DNA of 64,000 nucleotides from an uncultured Muribaculaceae bacterium (GTDB lineage Bacteria > Bacillota_I > Bacilli_A > RF39 > UBA660). The notes under the pieces were generated by a model. The model ran no database searches. It was not told the origin of the DNA and saw only the letters and a program-made list of their open reading frames with translations. Position numbers and translations under genes: made by a program. The stretch is from NCBI GenBank assembly GCA_964493665.1, contig CAZBOZ010000002.1:1207-65206 (forward strand), given 5' to 3'. The first letter of the stretch is position 1. Each line of letters begins with the position of its first letter. Of this stretch, positions 7,228 through 16,756 are shown in pieces.

Positions 7228-8955
7228 ATGTATATAAAGAAAAATCATATTATTATTACATTATTTATCACAGGAATAATATTGTTTTCTTTATGCTTTT
7301 ATATTGGTTATTTACAAATAGGCAATCATAAGTTAAAACCATTTGAAATATTAAGTGTTGAAGAAATAAATGGTGAAGTAATATTTAACGTTGAAAAGAA
7401 TTTTTATGCTAAAGAATATGAAGTCATCATTTATGATGAAGATAATAATATTATTACTGACGAAAAACATACTCGTAATGAAGATATTGTAAAAGATCTC
7501 TCTTATTATTATTTAAAAACATTAAAAATGAAAGTTATAGCTATTCATGATGAAGAAACGGAACTTGCATCAAGTAATATTTATGCTTTTACTTGGAATA
7601 GTCCATCTTTTAGTAGTGCTAATAGTATATATATACCCAAAGATAACGATTTTAATGTTTTAGTTGATGGTGACTTTACTAAAGAAAGTTACAAATTACA
7701 ATTGAAAAATGGTACCAAGGTAATTTATGAAAAAAGCATTGAGGATAGTTTAGTGTCTGTTCCTTACGATATAGTAGCTAATTATTCGGGTAGAATAAAT
7801 GCTGCCATATTAAATGAGAGTGAAAAAAAAGTTAGTTCTTTTAACTTTTATATTAATACTATTGTAATAGGTAATGTTGAAATATTAAGCCCTGTAACGG
7901 AAAATGTCTCGTGGGAAAACATTATATTTAGTTATGAAGGCGGCAACAATGCTGATTCAGTTTTACTTTATATATATGAAATTACTAATAAAGGAGAAAA
8001 ATTAAATAGAATAATTGGTCTTACTACTAAAGAAACAGAAATAAACATTAATTATTTTAATGAAGATACCACCTATAAGTTTGAATTAGTGGCTGGTTAT
8101 AAAGATTATAAAGAAATTTATCGTAAAGATAGTGTGACAATTAAAATAGGCAAAAAAAGTCTAGTCAGTCAAGTATATACTGATATGGACTTTATAAGTT
8201 TAAATCCTGGAACTAAACTTAATTTATATACTAATACTGAAGGAGCTAAAATAATGTATAGCTTAGATGGTAGGGATCCAGTAGTATATGGTTCAATGTA
8301 TACTGAACCTCTAACTATTAAAGAAGATACTACTTTAATGGCTACAGCTATAAAACAAAATATGAATAATAGTATTACCAGTACTTTTAATATAAAAGTG
8401 GCTGTTAAAACTCCAGTTGTTTATTTATCCCCTTCCAATCAAAAATCTAATTTTGGTGTTAGAAAAGTTGGTTATACTAATGAAAGAGAAATGATGAATA
8501 AAGTAGCAGATGTAGTTGAAAAAGTATTAAAAGCAAGTGGAGTCAAAGTATATAGAAATGATTCTGAAACAAATATAAAAACTTGGGTGGCCGAAAGTCG
8601 TGAAGTTGCTTCTGATTTGCATTTAGCTATCCATTCTAATGGTAGTACTAATCATGATATGGAAGGAATGGAAATATATGTTCATGAAGAATTGAGCCCA
8701 GCTTATTCAATAGCTCAAACTATTTATAATGATTTATTTGATTTATATCAAAAGGATGGTCATACTGTTGGTAGAGGGGTTTTATTTGCTAGAGGTAGAA
8801 TGGCTGAAGTTCATCCTTTAAACATTCCTATGGGAGTTTTAATAGAAATTGCTTATCATGATAATAAAGATGATGCTAAGTGGATAGTTGATAATATTGA
8901 TGAAATAGGTAATAGTATAGCCAATTCAGTTTTAAGATATTTCCAAATTAAATAA
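7228..8955 (+). CDS. Membrane-anchored surface protein with a chitobiase/beta-hexosaminidase C-terminal-like (CHB_HEX_C) module and a C-terminal Amidase_3-like (N-acetylmuramoyl-L-alanine amidase fold) domain, possibly catalytically degenerate
   Basis: N-terminal TM. MYSLDGRDPVVYGSMYTEPLTIKEDTTLMATAI fits the CHB_HEX_C pattern. The C-terminus aligns to Amidase_3 (..GVKVYRND.., LAIHSNG.., VLIEIAYHDN), but the first Zn-ligand motif GHGG reads SPSNQ. Confidence 0.5.
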   Translation: MYIKKNHIIITLFITGIILFSLCFYIGYLQIGNHKLKPFEILSVEEINGEVIFNVEKNFYAKEYEVIIYDEDNNIITDEKHTRNEDIVKDLSYYYLKTLKMKVIAIHDEETELASSNIYAFTWNSPSFSSANSIYIPKDNDFNVLVDGDFTKESYKLQLKNGTKVIYEKSIEDSLVSVPYDIVANYSGRINAAILNESEKKVSSFNFYINTIVIGNVEILSPVTENVSWENIIFSYEGGNNADSVLLYIYEITNKGEKLNRIIGLTTKETEININYFNEDTTYKFELVAGYKDYKEIYRKDSVTIKIGKKSLVSQVYTDMDFISLNPGTKLNLYTNTEGAKIMYSLDGRDPVVYGSMYTEPLTIKEDTTLMATAIKQNMNNSITSTFNIKVAVKTPVVYLSPSNQKSNFGVRKVGYTNEREMMNKVADVVEKVLKASGVKVYRNDSETNIKTWVAESREVASDLHLAIHSNGSTNHDMEGMEIYVHEELSPAYSIAQTIYNDLFDLYQKDGHTVGRGVLFARGRMAEVHPLNIPMGVLIEIAYHDNKDDAKWIVDNIDEIGNSIANSVLRYFQIK

Positions 8956-8990
8956 TTTATGTTATTATAAACGACGAGAAAAGAGGAATT

Positions 8991-9749
8991 ATGATGCTTA
9001 AAATAAATGATTTAACTGTAGAAATAAATAATAATATTATATTATCTTCTTTTAATTTAGACATAGCTAGTAATGAAATACACGCAATTATGGGTCCTAA
9101 TGGGGTTGGTAAAAGTACTATATGCAAAGTTATTTTAGGTGATTCTTCTTATAAAGTCACAAAGGGTCATATTAGTTTCTTAAATAAAGATATTATTAAA
9201 TTAAATCCCACTGAAAGAAGTAGAATGGGCCTTTATTTAATAAATCAAAATCCCATAGAAATAGAAGGAGTCTCTAATGCTTCAATGCTAAGAACAGCAT
9301 TATCTGATATAAGAGGCGAAAATATTCCTATATTTGAATTTAATGAAGAACTAAAATCTATTTGCCAAATGTTAAAATTACCAGAATCATTTATCCATCG
9401 TGGTATAAATGAGGGTATGAGTGGTGGCGAAAGAAAGAAAAATGAACTTTTACATATGTGGGTTCTAAAACCAAGATTAATTATTTTAGATGAAATAGAT
9501 TCTGGGTTAGATGTAGATGCCTTAAAAGTAGTAACTTCTTCTATAAAAGAATACTTAAAAAAATATAAAGCTTCACTTTTAATAATTACTCATCATTCTC
9601 AAATATTAAAATATATAAAGCCTGATTATGTCCATATATTAAAAGATAAAAAAATAATTAAAACCGGTTCTTATAAATTAGCTAATGAAATAGAAAAAAA
9701 CGGCTTTACAAACATTTACAAAGAATTTACAATAAGCGAGAATAATTAA
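8991..9749 (+). CDS. sufC: Fe-S cluster assembly ATPase SufC
   Basis: GPNGVGKST Walker A, LSGGERKK signature and ILDEIDSGLD; SufC-type ABC ATPase with no adjacent permease. Confidence 0.9.
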   Translation: MMLKINDLTVEINNNIILSSFNLDIASNEIHAIMGPNGVGKSTICKVILGDSSYKVTKGHISFLNKDIIKLNPTERSRMGLYLINQNPIEIEGVSNASMLRTALSDIRGENIPIFEFNEELKSICQMLKLPESFIHRGINEGMSGGERKKNELLHMWVLKPRLIILDEIDSGLDVDALKVVTSSIKEYLKKYKASLLIITHHSQILKYIKPDYVHILKDKKIIKTGSYKLANEIEKNGFTNIYKEFTISENN

Positions 9750-9750
9750 T

Positions 9751-10359
9751 ATGAAAGAGCTGTTTTTAAAAGACGAAGAAATAGAATTAAATCCTAATAA
9801 CAATCAAGTAATAAATGTTTCTGGAAAAGTAACTATTAAAGAAATAAATAATTTAAAAGACAATTCTTATATTATAAATGTTTTTAAAAATAGTATTTTA
9901 AATTATTATAAAAATGATAAAAATTTTTCTAACAATATAAATATAATTATGAATGCTGGTGACAATTCAACAATTAGTTTTAATTATTCATTTGAATGCT
10001 TAAAACCTTGTAAAATAAATATCTTAACTAATTTAAATGGTAATAACATAAAAAGCAATATAAAAATACATGGCGTTACTTCTAAAAGAGGTTCTTCTTA
10101 TATAGAAGCTAATGCTATAGTTAAGAAAAACACCATTAATAATGAAATTAATGAAGAGATCAAAGTACTAAAACTAAATGATGAAGAAAGTGTTATAAAA
10201 CCCAATTTACAAGTAAATACTAATAATATTATAGCTAGTCATAATACAACTTGTAAAATGATTGATAAAGAAAGCTTATTTTATTTAATGAGTAAAGGAT
10301 TAAGCAAAGCTAAAGCCATAAATTTAATAAAAGAAGGCTTTTTAAATAACTTAAATTAA
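9751..10359 (+). CDS. sufD: Short SufD/SufBD-family protein (C-terminal SufBD domain only, 202 aa)
   Basis: The C-terminal ASHNTTCKMIDKESLFYLMSKGLSKAKAINLIKEGFL matches the SufB/SufD C-terminal helix (GAxHGAxxGxLDeeqLFYLxSRGi...A..Ll..gF). Start is 2 nt after the sufC stop. Confidence 0.65.
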   Translation: MKELFLKDEEIELNPNNNQVINVSGKVTIKEINNLKDNSYIINVFKNSILNYYKNDKNFSNNINIIMNAGDNSTISFNYSFECLKPCKINILTNLNGNNIKSNIKIHGVTSKRGSSYIEANAIVKKNTINNEINEEIKVLKLNDEESVIKPNLQVNTNNIIASHNTTCKMIDKESLFYLMSKGLSKAKAINLIKEGFLNNLN

Positions 10360-10371
10360 AAAGGAGTAATT

Positions 10372-11568
10372 ATGAATAGAGAAGATTTTCCTATATTAAA
10401 TAGTAATATTATTTATTTTGACAATGCTGCTACTTCTTTAAAACCTAAACAAGTAATTGCTAAAATGGATGAATATTATAATTCTTATTCTTCTAATATT
10501 AAAAGAGGAGATTATGATATTTCTAATAAAGCTGATATTGAATATGAAAATGTTCGTAGTTTAGTTAAAGAACTTATAAATGCTCAAGAAGAAAAAGAGA
10601 TAATCTTTACTAGTGGTACAACTGAGTCTTTAAATTTAATAGTAGAAGGCTATTTTAAAGATGCTTTAAAAGAAAATGATGAAGTTTTAATAACCAAAAG
10701 TGAACATGCTTCTAATATTTTACCTTGGTTTAAATTAATTAAAACTAATAATATTAAAATAAACTATATTCCCCTTAATGATAATTATGAAATAACTTTA
10801 GATAATTTTAAAAAAGTAATAACTCCTAATACTAAAGTAATATCTATTGCTCATATAACTAATGTTATAGGAGATATTCGCCCTTTAAAAGAAATAATAT
10901 CTTATGCTCACTCTTTGGGGATTTTAGTTGTTATAGATGGCGCCCAAAGTATTCCTCATATCAAAGTAGATGTAAAAGATTTAGATATTGATTTCCTTGC
11001 TTTTTCAGCTCATAAAATGTTGGGACCAACTGGAGTAGGAGTTTTATATGCCAAAGAAAATTTACTTAATAAAATAAATCCTCTTAATTTAGGGGGTGGA
11101 ATGAATGAGTCATTTGCAGAAAATGGTAATTATGTATTAAAAGAATTACCAACTAGATTAGAAGCTGGTACTCCTAATATTGCTGGAGTAATTGGTTTGG
11201 GTGAAGCAATAAGATATATAAATAAGATTGGAATATCTAATATAGAAAATTATGTTAGTGAACTAAAAAGTTATTTAGTAACTAAATTAAAGCAAATACC
11301 TCATATAAATATCATAAATAAAACATCTAACCACGGTATAATAGCATTTACTGTTGAAGGCATATTTGGTCAAGACGTAGCATTTTATTTAAATAAGTAT
11401 AATATATGTGTTAGATCTGGTAATCACTGTGCCAAGATGTTAAAAGATGTTATTGGAGTATCAAATACTATAAGAGTAAGTTTATATTTTTATAACACTA
11501 AAGAAGAAATAGATAAATTTGTAACTCTTTTAAATGATAAATCCAAAATAGAAAAAGAGATGCTTTAA
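10372..11568 (+). CDS. sufS: Cysteine desulfurase SufS (class II, PLP-dependent)
   Basis: PLP-lysine motif SAHKMLGPTGVGVLY; catalytic Cys in ...VRSGNHCA...; 398 aa. Confidence 0.9.
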   Translation: MNREDFPILNSNIIYFDNAATSLKPKQVIAKMDEYYNSYSSNIKRGDYDISNKADIEYENVRSLVKELINAQEEKEIIFTSGTTESLNLIVEGYFKDALKENDEVLITKSEHASNILPWFKLIKTNNIKINYIPLNDNYEITLDNFKKVITPNTKVISIAHITNVIGDIRPLKEIISYAHSLGILVVIDGAQSIPHIKVDVKDLDIDFLAFSAHKMLGPTGVGVLYAKENLLNKINPLNLGGGMNESFAENGNYVLKELPTRLEAGTPNIAGVIGLGEAIRYINKIGISNIENYVSELKSYLVTKLKQIPHINIINKTSNHGIIAFTVEGIFGQDVAFYLNKYNICVRSGNHCAKMLKDVIGVSNTIRVSLYFYNTKEEIDKFVTLLNDKSKIEKEML

Positions 11569-11999
11569 TGAACGAGGATGTTAGAAGAGAAATAATTTTA
11601 GGATATAATTCTCATCCTTTTAATAAACAAACTATTAATGATTCTTCATATATTAAGGTCAATTCAAATAATGAATCATGTATTGACAATATAAATTTAT
11701 TTATAAAAATTGAAAATGATATTATAAAAAGCTTTTATTTTGATGGTGAAGCTTGTGCTATAACAACATCAGCCACATCTATTATGATAAAATCTTTGCT
11801 AGGCAAAAAACTAGATGAAGTATTAGAATTCATTATTAATTATGAAAATATGATTAACGAATTACCATATAATAAAGAATTATTAAAAGAAGCTAATGTA
11901 TATGAAGAAATATATAAGCAACAAAACAGAAAAAGATGTGCTTTACTTCCTTATATGGGATTAAGAAAAGCTATAGAAGAATATAAAAACAATCTTTAA
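11568..11999 (+). CDS. sufU: Zn-dependent sulfur transferase / Fe-S scaffold SufU (NifU-like N-terminal domain)
   Basis: Three conserved Cys contexts (NESCID, GEACAITTSATSIM, RKRCALLPYMGL) match SufU. Overlaps the sufS stop. Confidence 0.8.
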   Translation: MNEDVRREIILGYNSHPFNKQTINDSSYIKVNSNNESCIDNINLFIKIENDIIKSFYFDGEACAITTSATSIMIKSLLGKKLDEVLEFIINYENMINELPYNKELLKEANVYEEIYKQQNRKRCALLPYMGLRKAIEEYKNNL

Positions 12000-12036
12000 A
12001 GATTGTTTTTTTATTAAATAATGATAAAATAAAAGT

Positions 12037-13917
12037 ATGATTAGGAGTGATTTTGTGAAAAAAATAATTTTATTTCTAGCTCTTTTATTACTACCAATAA
12101 CTGTTAATGCTTCCACTACAGATAAATATTATATAGAAGCTAATATTAAATCTAATGGTGATATAGAAGTAAAAGAATTAAAAGTGTTAGATGGGAGCTT
12201 TAATGGTATATATACTAATTTAAGATATACCAATTATGGCTTGCAAAAGTTTAGTGGGATATTAGATGACTTTGAAGGTAGTGATATATACAATGCTACT
12301 AATATTGAAGATCTAAAAGTATACGCGGTAGATTTAAACAATTTAAGTTTTGATAACATTTTAGATAGAGCAACATTATTTACTGAAGCTAGTAGTGCTG
12401 AAGTTGGTGATTATGGCGTATATGTAAAAAGCACTAACTCTATAGGAGTAGATTTATCAATCTATATGCCTAGTACTTATGGAGAAGCTTCACTAGTGAC
12501 TTATACTTTAAAAGATGCTGTAGTAATACATAATGATGTGGCTGAAGTGGCTTGGGATTTTATTAGTTCTAGTTATGAAGAAGATATAAATGATCTAACC
12601 ATAACTATAAACTTGCCAGGCGATAGCGAAGAATTAAGAGTATTCTCTCATGGACCATTAAGTGGAACAAATGAAATAGTTAGTGATAGCGAGGTAAAAG
12701 CTATTTGGACTAACTTACCAGCTTATAAAGCTGTGGATGTTAGAGTAGTATTTGATAAATCTTTAGTTCCAAATGGAACTAAAACATCAGGAATAGATGG
12801 TTTAGATAATATTTTAGCAGTTGAAAAAGCTCGTGCTGACAAAGCTAATGCTGAAAGACAAAGAATTAAGACTACATATATAATTTTAACTGTTTTATTT
12901 GGTGGCTATGTCGCTGGAGCCATAGTAGTCGCTATTAGATATTATTTAAAATATGATAAAGAATATAAAGTAAACTTTAATGGCGATTATTATCGTGAAT
13001 TTATTGAAGACTATGATGTAGAAGTTATCGATTACTTATTTAACAAAAGTATAACTCCTAATGCCATGAGTGCTTCAATAATGAATTTAATTTATAAAAA
13101 GAAAATAGATATTGAAAAAATAATGGAAAAAAATAAAGAATCATATAAATTTATTTTAAAAACTAAAGAAGGAGCTTCTCCTACTGAAATAAAATTATTA
13201 TATTTCTTATTTGATAAAGTTGGTAATGGTAAAGAGTTTACTATAAAAGAATTAAAAGATTATGCTAGAGGATCTTCTTATCAAACTTTCTTAAATACTT
13301 ATTCCGATTGGAAAAAATCAGTATTAGATGACGGACATAAACAAGACTTTTATGAAGATTTAAAAAAACCAAAAACTTTTGGAATTTTGTATGCACTTTT
13401 AGGAGGATTACTATTTTTCTTAAATATGTTCTATCAAACTGATATAATCTTTGGGCGTTTCTTATTTCCAGTAGCAATTGGTTTATTAATTTATATGATT
13501 GCTTTTAAAAGAAAGACTAAAAAAGGTGCTGAACATTATACTAAATGGACAAAATTTAAAAACTTTTTAAATGACTTTGGCAACTTCAAAGAAAAAGAAC
13601 TTCCAGAAGTAAAACTATGGGAAAGATATTTGGTGTACGCTACAGTGTTTGGTATAGCCGAAAAAGTATCTAAAACCATGAATGTTAAAATTCATGAAAT
13701 GGATCCTAAAGGAACTATGTATGATTATGACTTAATGCCATTGTTTTATTTAAATATGAATTCTGAAATTTCTAGTGCTATAAATAATGCAGTTAGAGAG
13801 TCAGTTACATCAGCTATAGCTAAATCAGCAGAGAGTAGTTCATCTGGTGGCGGTGGCGGCTCATCATTTGGCGGTGGTGGATTCGGTGGCGGCGGCTCCG
13901 GTGGCGGAAGATTTTAA
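12037..13917 (+). CDS. DUF2207-family membrane protein (signal peptide, extracellular domain, TM segments, Gly-rich C-terminal tail)
   Basis: N-terminal signal LLLPITVNAST. TM helices around aa 285-305 and 440-490. C-terminus SSSGGGGGSSFGGGGFGGGGSGGGRF is typical of DUF2207/YgcG-like proteins. Confidence 0.55.
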   Translation: MIRSDFVKKIILFLALLLLPITVNASTTDKYYIEANIKSNGDIEVKELKVLDGSFNGIYTNLRYTNYGLQKFSGILDDFEGSDIYNATNIEDLKVYAVDLNNLSFDNILDRATLFTEASSAEVGDYGVYVKSTNSIGVDLSIYMPSTYGEASLVTYTLKDAVVIHNDVAEVAWDFISSSYEEDINDLTITINLPGDSEELRVFSHGPLSGTNEIVSDSEVKAIWTNLPAYKAVDVRVVFDKSLVPNGTKTSGIDGLDNILAVEKARADKANAERQRIKTTYIILTVLFGGYVAGAIVVAIRYYLKYDKEYKVNFNGDYYREFIEDYDVEVIDYLFNKSITPNAMSASIMNLIYKKKIDIEKIMEKNKESYKFILKTKEGASPTEIKLLYFLFDKVGNGKEFTIKELKDYARGSSYQTFLNTYSDWKKSVLDDGHKQDFYEDLKKPKTFGILYALLGGLLFFLNMFYQTDIIFGRFLFPVAIGLLIYMIAFKRKTKKGAEHYTKWTKFKNFLNDFGNFKEKELPEVKLWERYLVYATVFGIAEKVSKTMNVKIHEMDPKGTMYDYDLMPLFYLNMNSEISSAINNAVRESVTSAIAKSAESSSSGGGGGSSFGGGGFGGGGSGGGRF

Positions 13918-13941
13918 AAAGAGACTAAAATCTCTTTTTTT
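13916..13941 (+). terminator. Rho-independent terminator
   Basis: aagaga-ctaaaa-tctctt hairpin followed by a T7 run. Confidence 0.55.
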
Positions 13942-13964
13942 GTTATAATTAGGTTGGTGATATT

Positions 13965-14600
13965 ATGAATATAAATATCAATGGTAATAATATAAAAGTT
14001 ATTATAGTTAAAAAAAATATAAAAAATATGTATTTTCGTATAGACGAAAATTCTAATCTTTTAATTACGGTTAATAGATTTGTTAGTGATAATGAAATAA
14101 GAAAAATAATAGCCGAAAAAAAAGATGTAATATTAAAAATGTATAGTCACAAAATAAAAGAACTGGATAATAATGCTTATTTTACTTATTTAGGTAACAA
14201 ATATAATGTTTTATATGATTCTAAGCTAAAACAAGTATATTTAGAAGGTAACGAAGTATATACTAAAGATGATAAAATGTTAGATAAGTTTTATTTAAAA
14301 AAGAGTTTAGAAATTTTTGAAAACAGAATCAATGCTAAAAAAGTAAACTTTTCTAATTTGCCAATATTTTCTATTAAAATAAGAAAAATGAAAACTAGAT
14401 GGGGAGTTTGTAATACTAAGGATAAAATAATAACCTTAAATACTGAATTATTAAAAAAAGATATGTCTTTAATAGATTATGTTGTAATTCATGAAATGTG
14501 TCATTTTTATCATCCCAATCATTCCAAAGAATTTTGGAAACTTGTTGAAGCACATTATCCATATTATAAAGAAGCCAGAAAAATGTTGAAACAGATTTAA
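13965..14600 (+). CDS. YgjP-like metal-dependent hydrolase (DUF45 / WLM-M48-like HExxH family)
   Basis: VVIHEMCHFYHPNHSKEFWKLVEAHYP matches the YgjP/DUF45 signature HEMCHxxxxNHSxxFW. Confidence 0.65.
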   Translation: MNININGNNIKVIIVKKNIKNMYFRIDENSNLLITVNRFVSDNEIRKIIAEKKDVILKMYSHKIKELDNNAYFTYLGNKYNVLYDSKLKQVYLEGNEVYTKDDKMLDKFYLKKSLEIFENRINAKKVNFSNLPIFSIKIRKMKTRWGVCNTKDKIITLNTELLKKDMSLIDYVVIHEMCHFYHPNHSKEFWKLVEAHYPYYKEARKMLKQI

Positions 14601-14635
14601 TAAAATGTTATTATAAGCAGCACGGAGGAAGAGTT

Positions 14636-14821
14636 ATGGAAAAGCAACCAATACCAGAAATGGTAGAAATAATGGAAATTCATGCTAAATTAAGTGAAGG
14701 AATTTCACCTTTGCAACAAGAACTTTTAGATGATTTAATGTTAATAGCAGCTTTAATGGCTGAAGAATTAAAAGTATGTCGCGAAAAGAACCAACAAACA
14801 GAAGAGATCAAAGGGAAGTAA
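14636..14821 (+). CDS. Small acidic hypothetical protein (61 aa)
   Basis: Good RBS (ggagga 8 nt upstream). Locally higher GC and an E/L/A/M-rich composition unlike its neighbours. Followed by a hairpin plus T-run (aagaga...tctctt ttttt). Confidence 0.4.
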   Translation: MEKQPIPEMVEIMEIHAKLSEGISPLQQELLDDLMLIAALMAEELKVCREKNQQTEEIKGK

Positions 14822-14867
14822 TTCTCTTTTTTTGTTTTATATGTTAAAATAAAAGCAGGTGAATATT

Positions 14868-15593
14868 ATGGAAAATATTACTTCTATAGATAATAAAAAA
14901 GTTATTAATTGGGCTAAATTAAAAGATAAAAAATATCGTGATCTTAGCTCAAAGTTTTTAATTGAAGGAGAACATCTTGTTTTAGAAGCTTTAAAAAATG
15001 ATGCCATAGAAGAAATAATTGTGACAGATGAAAAAGTATATGCTGATAATATACCTCATTATAATATATCTTTAAATATTATGAAGAAGCTTTCTTCTTT
15101 AACTACACCATCTAATGTAATGGCAGTTTGTAAAAAAATTGAAGAGGGAATTATAAGTGAGAAAATCATTTTATTAGATGGAATTCAAAATCCCGGAAAT
15201 TTAGGAACTATAATTCGTAGTGCTTTTGCTTTTAATTTTAAAACTATTATTCTTGGTAATAATACCGTAGATATTTATAATGAAAAAGTAATTAGAGCTA
15301 CTGAAGGAATGATATTTAATATTAATATATTAAGAAGAAATTTAAAAGAATATACATATGAATTAAAGGATAAAGAATATTTAATAGTAGGTACTAATGT
15401 AAGTGATGGTGTTGATCCTAGAGAAATAAAAAACGATAAGATAGCTTTAATAGTGGGTAATGAAGGAAATGGCATAGATAAAGATTTATTATCTATATGT
15501 GACAAATTAGTAAATATCAAAATGAATCCTGAATGTGAGAGTTTAAATGTTAGTATAGCAGCAAGTATTTTAATGTATGAGTTAGGAGACTAA
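14868..15593 (+). CDS. TrmH/SpoU-family RNA 2'-O-methyltransferase (RlmB/YacO-like)
   Basis: SpoU motifs GNPGNLGTIIRSAFAF, LIVGNEGNGI and ESLNVSIAASILMYE. The track ORF starts at GTG 14859; the ATG at 14868 has the better SD (aggtga). Confidence 0.8.
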   Translation: MENITSIDNKKVINWAKLKDKKYRDLSSKFLIEGEHLVLEALKNDAIEEIIVTDEKVYADNIPHYNISLNIMKKLSSLTTPSNVMAVCKKIEEGIISEKIILLDGIQNPGNLGTIIRSAFAFNFKTIILGNNTVDIYNEKVIRATEGMIFNINILRRNLKEYTYELKDKEYLIVGTNVSDGVDPREIKNDKIALIVGNEGNGIDKDLLSICDKLVNIKMNPECESLNVSIAASILMYELGD

Positions 15594-15594
15594 G

Positions 15595-16089
15595 ATGAAT
15601 GATTATGTTTTAATTGGTAAAATAGTAAATACTCATGGCGTCAAAGGTGAAATCAGATTAATTAGTGACTTTGAATTAAAGAATAAAGTATTTATACCAG
15701 GATTTACTATTTATATTGGTCAAATAAAAGAAGAAAACACTATAGTAAGTTATCGTCATCATAAAATGTTTGATATGCTTTTATTAAAAAACAAAAACGA
15801 CATAGATGAAGTAATAAACTATAAAAGTAAATATGTTTATGCCAAAAGAAAAGATTTAGGGTTAAAAGAAAATGAATATTTATTGGAAGAATTGATTAAT
15901 TATGAAGTAATAGAAGATAAAAAAAATGTTGGCAAAATCGTAGATGTTGTTTATAATAATAAACAAGTTTTACTTAAAGTTAAAAACTTAAAAGAATTTT
16001 ATATTCCTTTTGTAGAAGAATATATTGTTAAAGTAGATAATATAACTAAAAAAGTACAAGTAAAAAATGCTAAGGATCTGATTTTATGA
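15595..16089 (+). CDS. rimM: 16S rRNA processing protein RimM
   Basis: GKIVNTHGVKGEIRL N-terminal motif plus a PRC barrel. Sits upstream of trmD as usual. Confidence 0.85.
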   Translation: MNDYVLIGKIVNTHGVKGEIRLISDFELKNKVFIPGFTIYIGQIKEENTIVSYRHHKMFDMLLLKNKNDIDEVINYKSKYVYAKRKDLGLKENEYLLEELINYEVIEDKKNVGKIVDVVYNNKQVLLKVKNLKEFYIPFVEEYIVKVDNITKKVQVKNAKDLIL

Positions 16090-16748
16090 AAATAGATATT
16101 TTATCTTTATTTCCAGAAATGTTTAATAATATTTTAACTGAATCAATTATAAAAAGAGCAATAGATAAAGAGTTAGTTGAGATAAATGTTATAAATTTTA
16201 GAAATTTCTCTAAATATAATAATAACCAGGTAGATGATACTCCCTATGGTGGTGGATCCGGAATGGTCTTAATGTGTGAGCCAATATTTGATGCTGTAAA
16301 TAGCGTTAAAACTAATGATTCATATATAATATTAATGACTCCAGATGGCAAAGTATATAATCAAGCGATAGCTAAAGAATTAGTTTTAAAAAAACATTTA
16401 ATAATTATTTGTGGCCATTATGAAGGTTTTGATGAAAGAATTAGAACTCTAGTCGATATGGAAATAAGTATTGGTGATTTTATTCTAACTGGTGGAGAAA
16501 TACCAGCTATGGCATTAACTGATAGTATAGTAAGACTTATAGATGGAGTAATTACTAAGGATTCTTTAGATAGTGAATCATTTAATGATAATTTACTTGA
16601 CTATCCGGTATATACTAAACCAAGAGAATATAAAGGTATGGAAGTCCCCGAAGTATTACTAAGTGGTAATCACGAAAAAATAGCTAGTTGGAGAAATGAA
16701 GCAAGAATAAAAAGAACTAAAGAGAAAAGACCGGATTTAATAAAGTAG
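16086..16748 (+). CDS. trmD: tRNA (guanine37-N1)-methyltransferase TrmD
   Basis: DDTPYGGGSGMV and GHYEGFDERI SPOUT motifs. Overlaps the rimM stop. Confidence 0.9.
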   Translation: MKIDILSLFPEMFNNILTESIIKRAIDKELVEINVINFRNFSKYNNNQVDDTPYGGGSGMVLMCEPIFDAVNSVKTNDSYIILMTPDGKVYNQAIAKELVLKKHLIIICGHYEGFDERIRTLVDMEISIGDFILTGGEIPAMALTDSIVRLIDGVITKDSLDSESFNDNLLDYPVYTKPREYKGMEVPEVLLSGNHEKIASWRNEARIKRTKEKRPDLIK

Positions 16749-16756
16749 GTGAAAAC

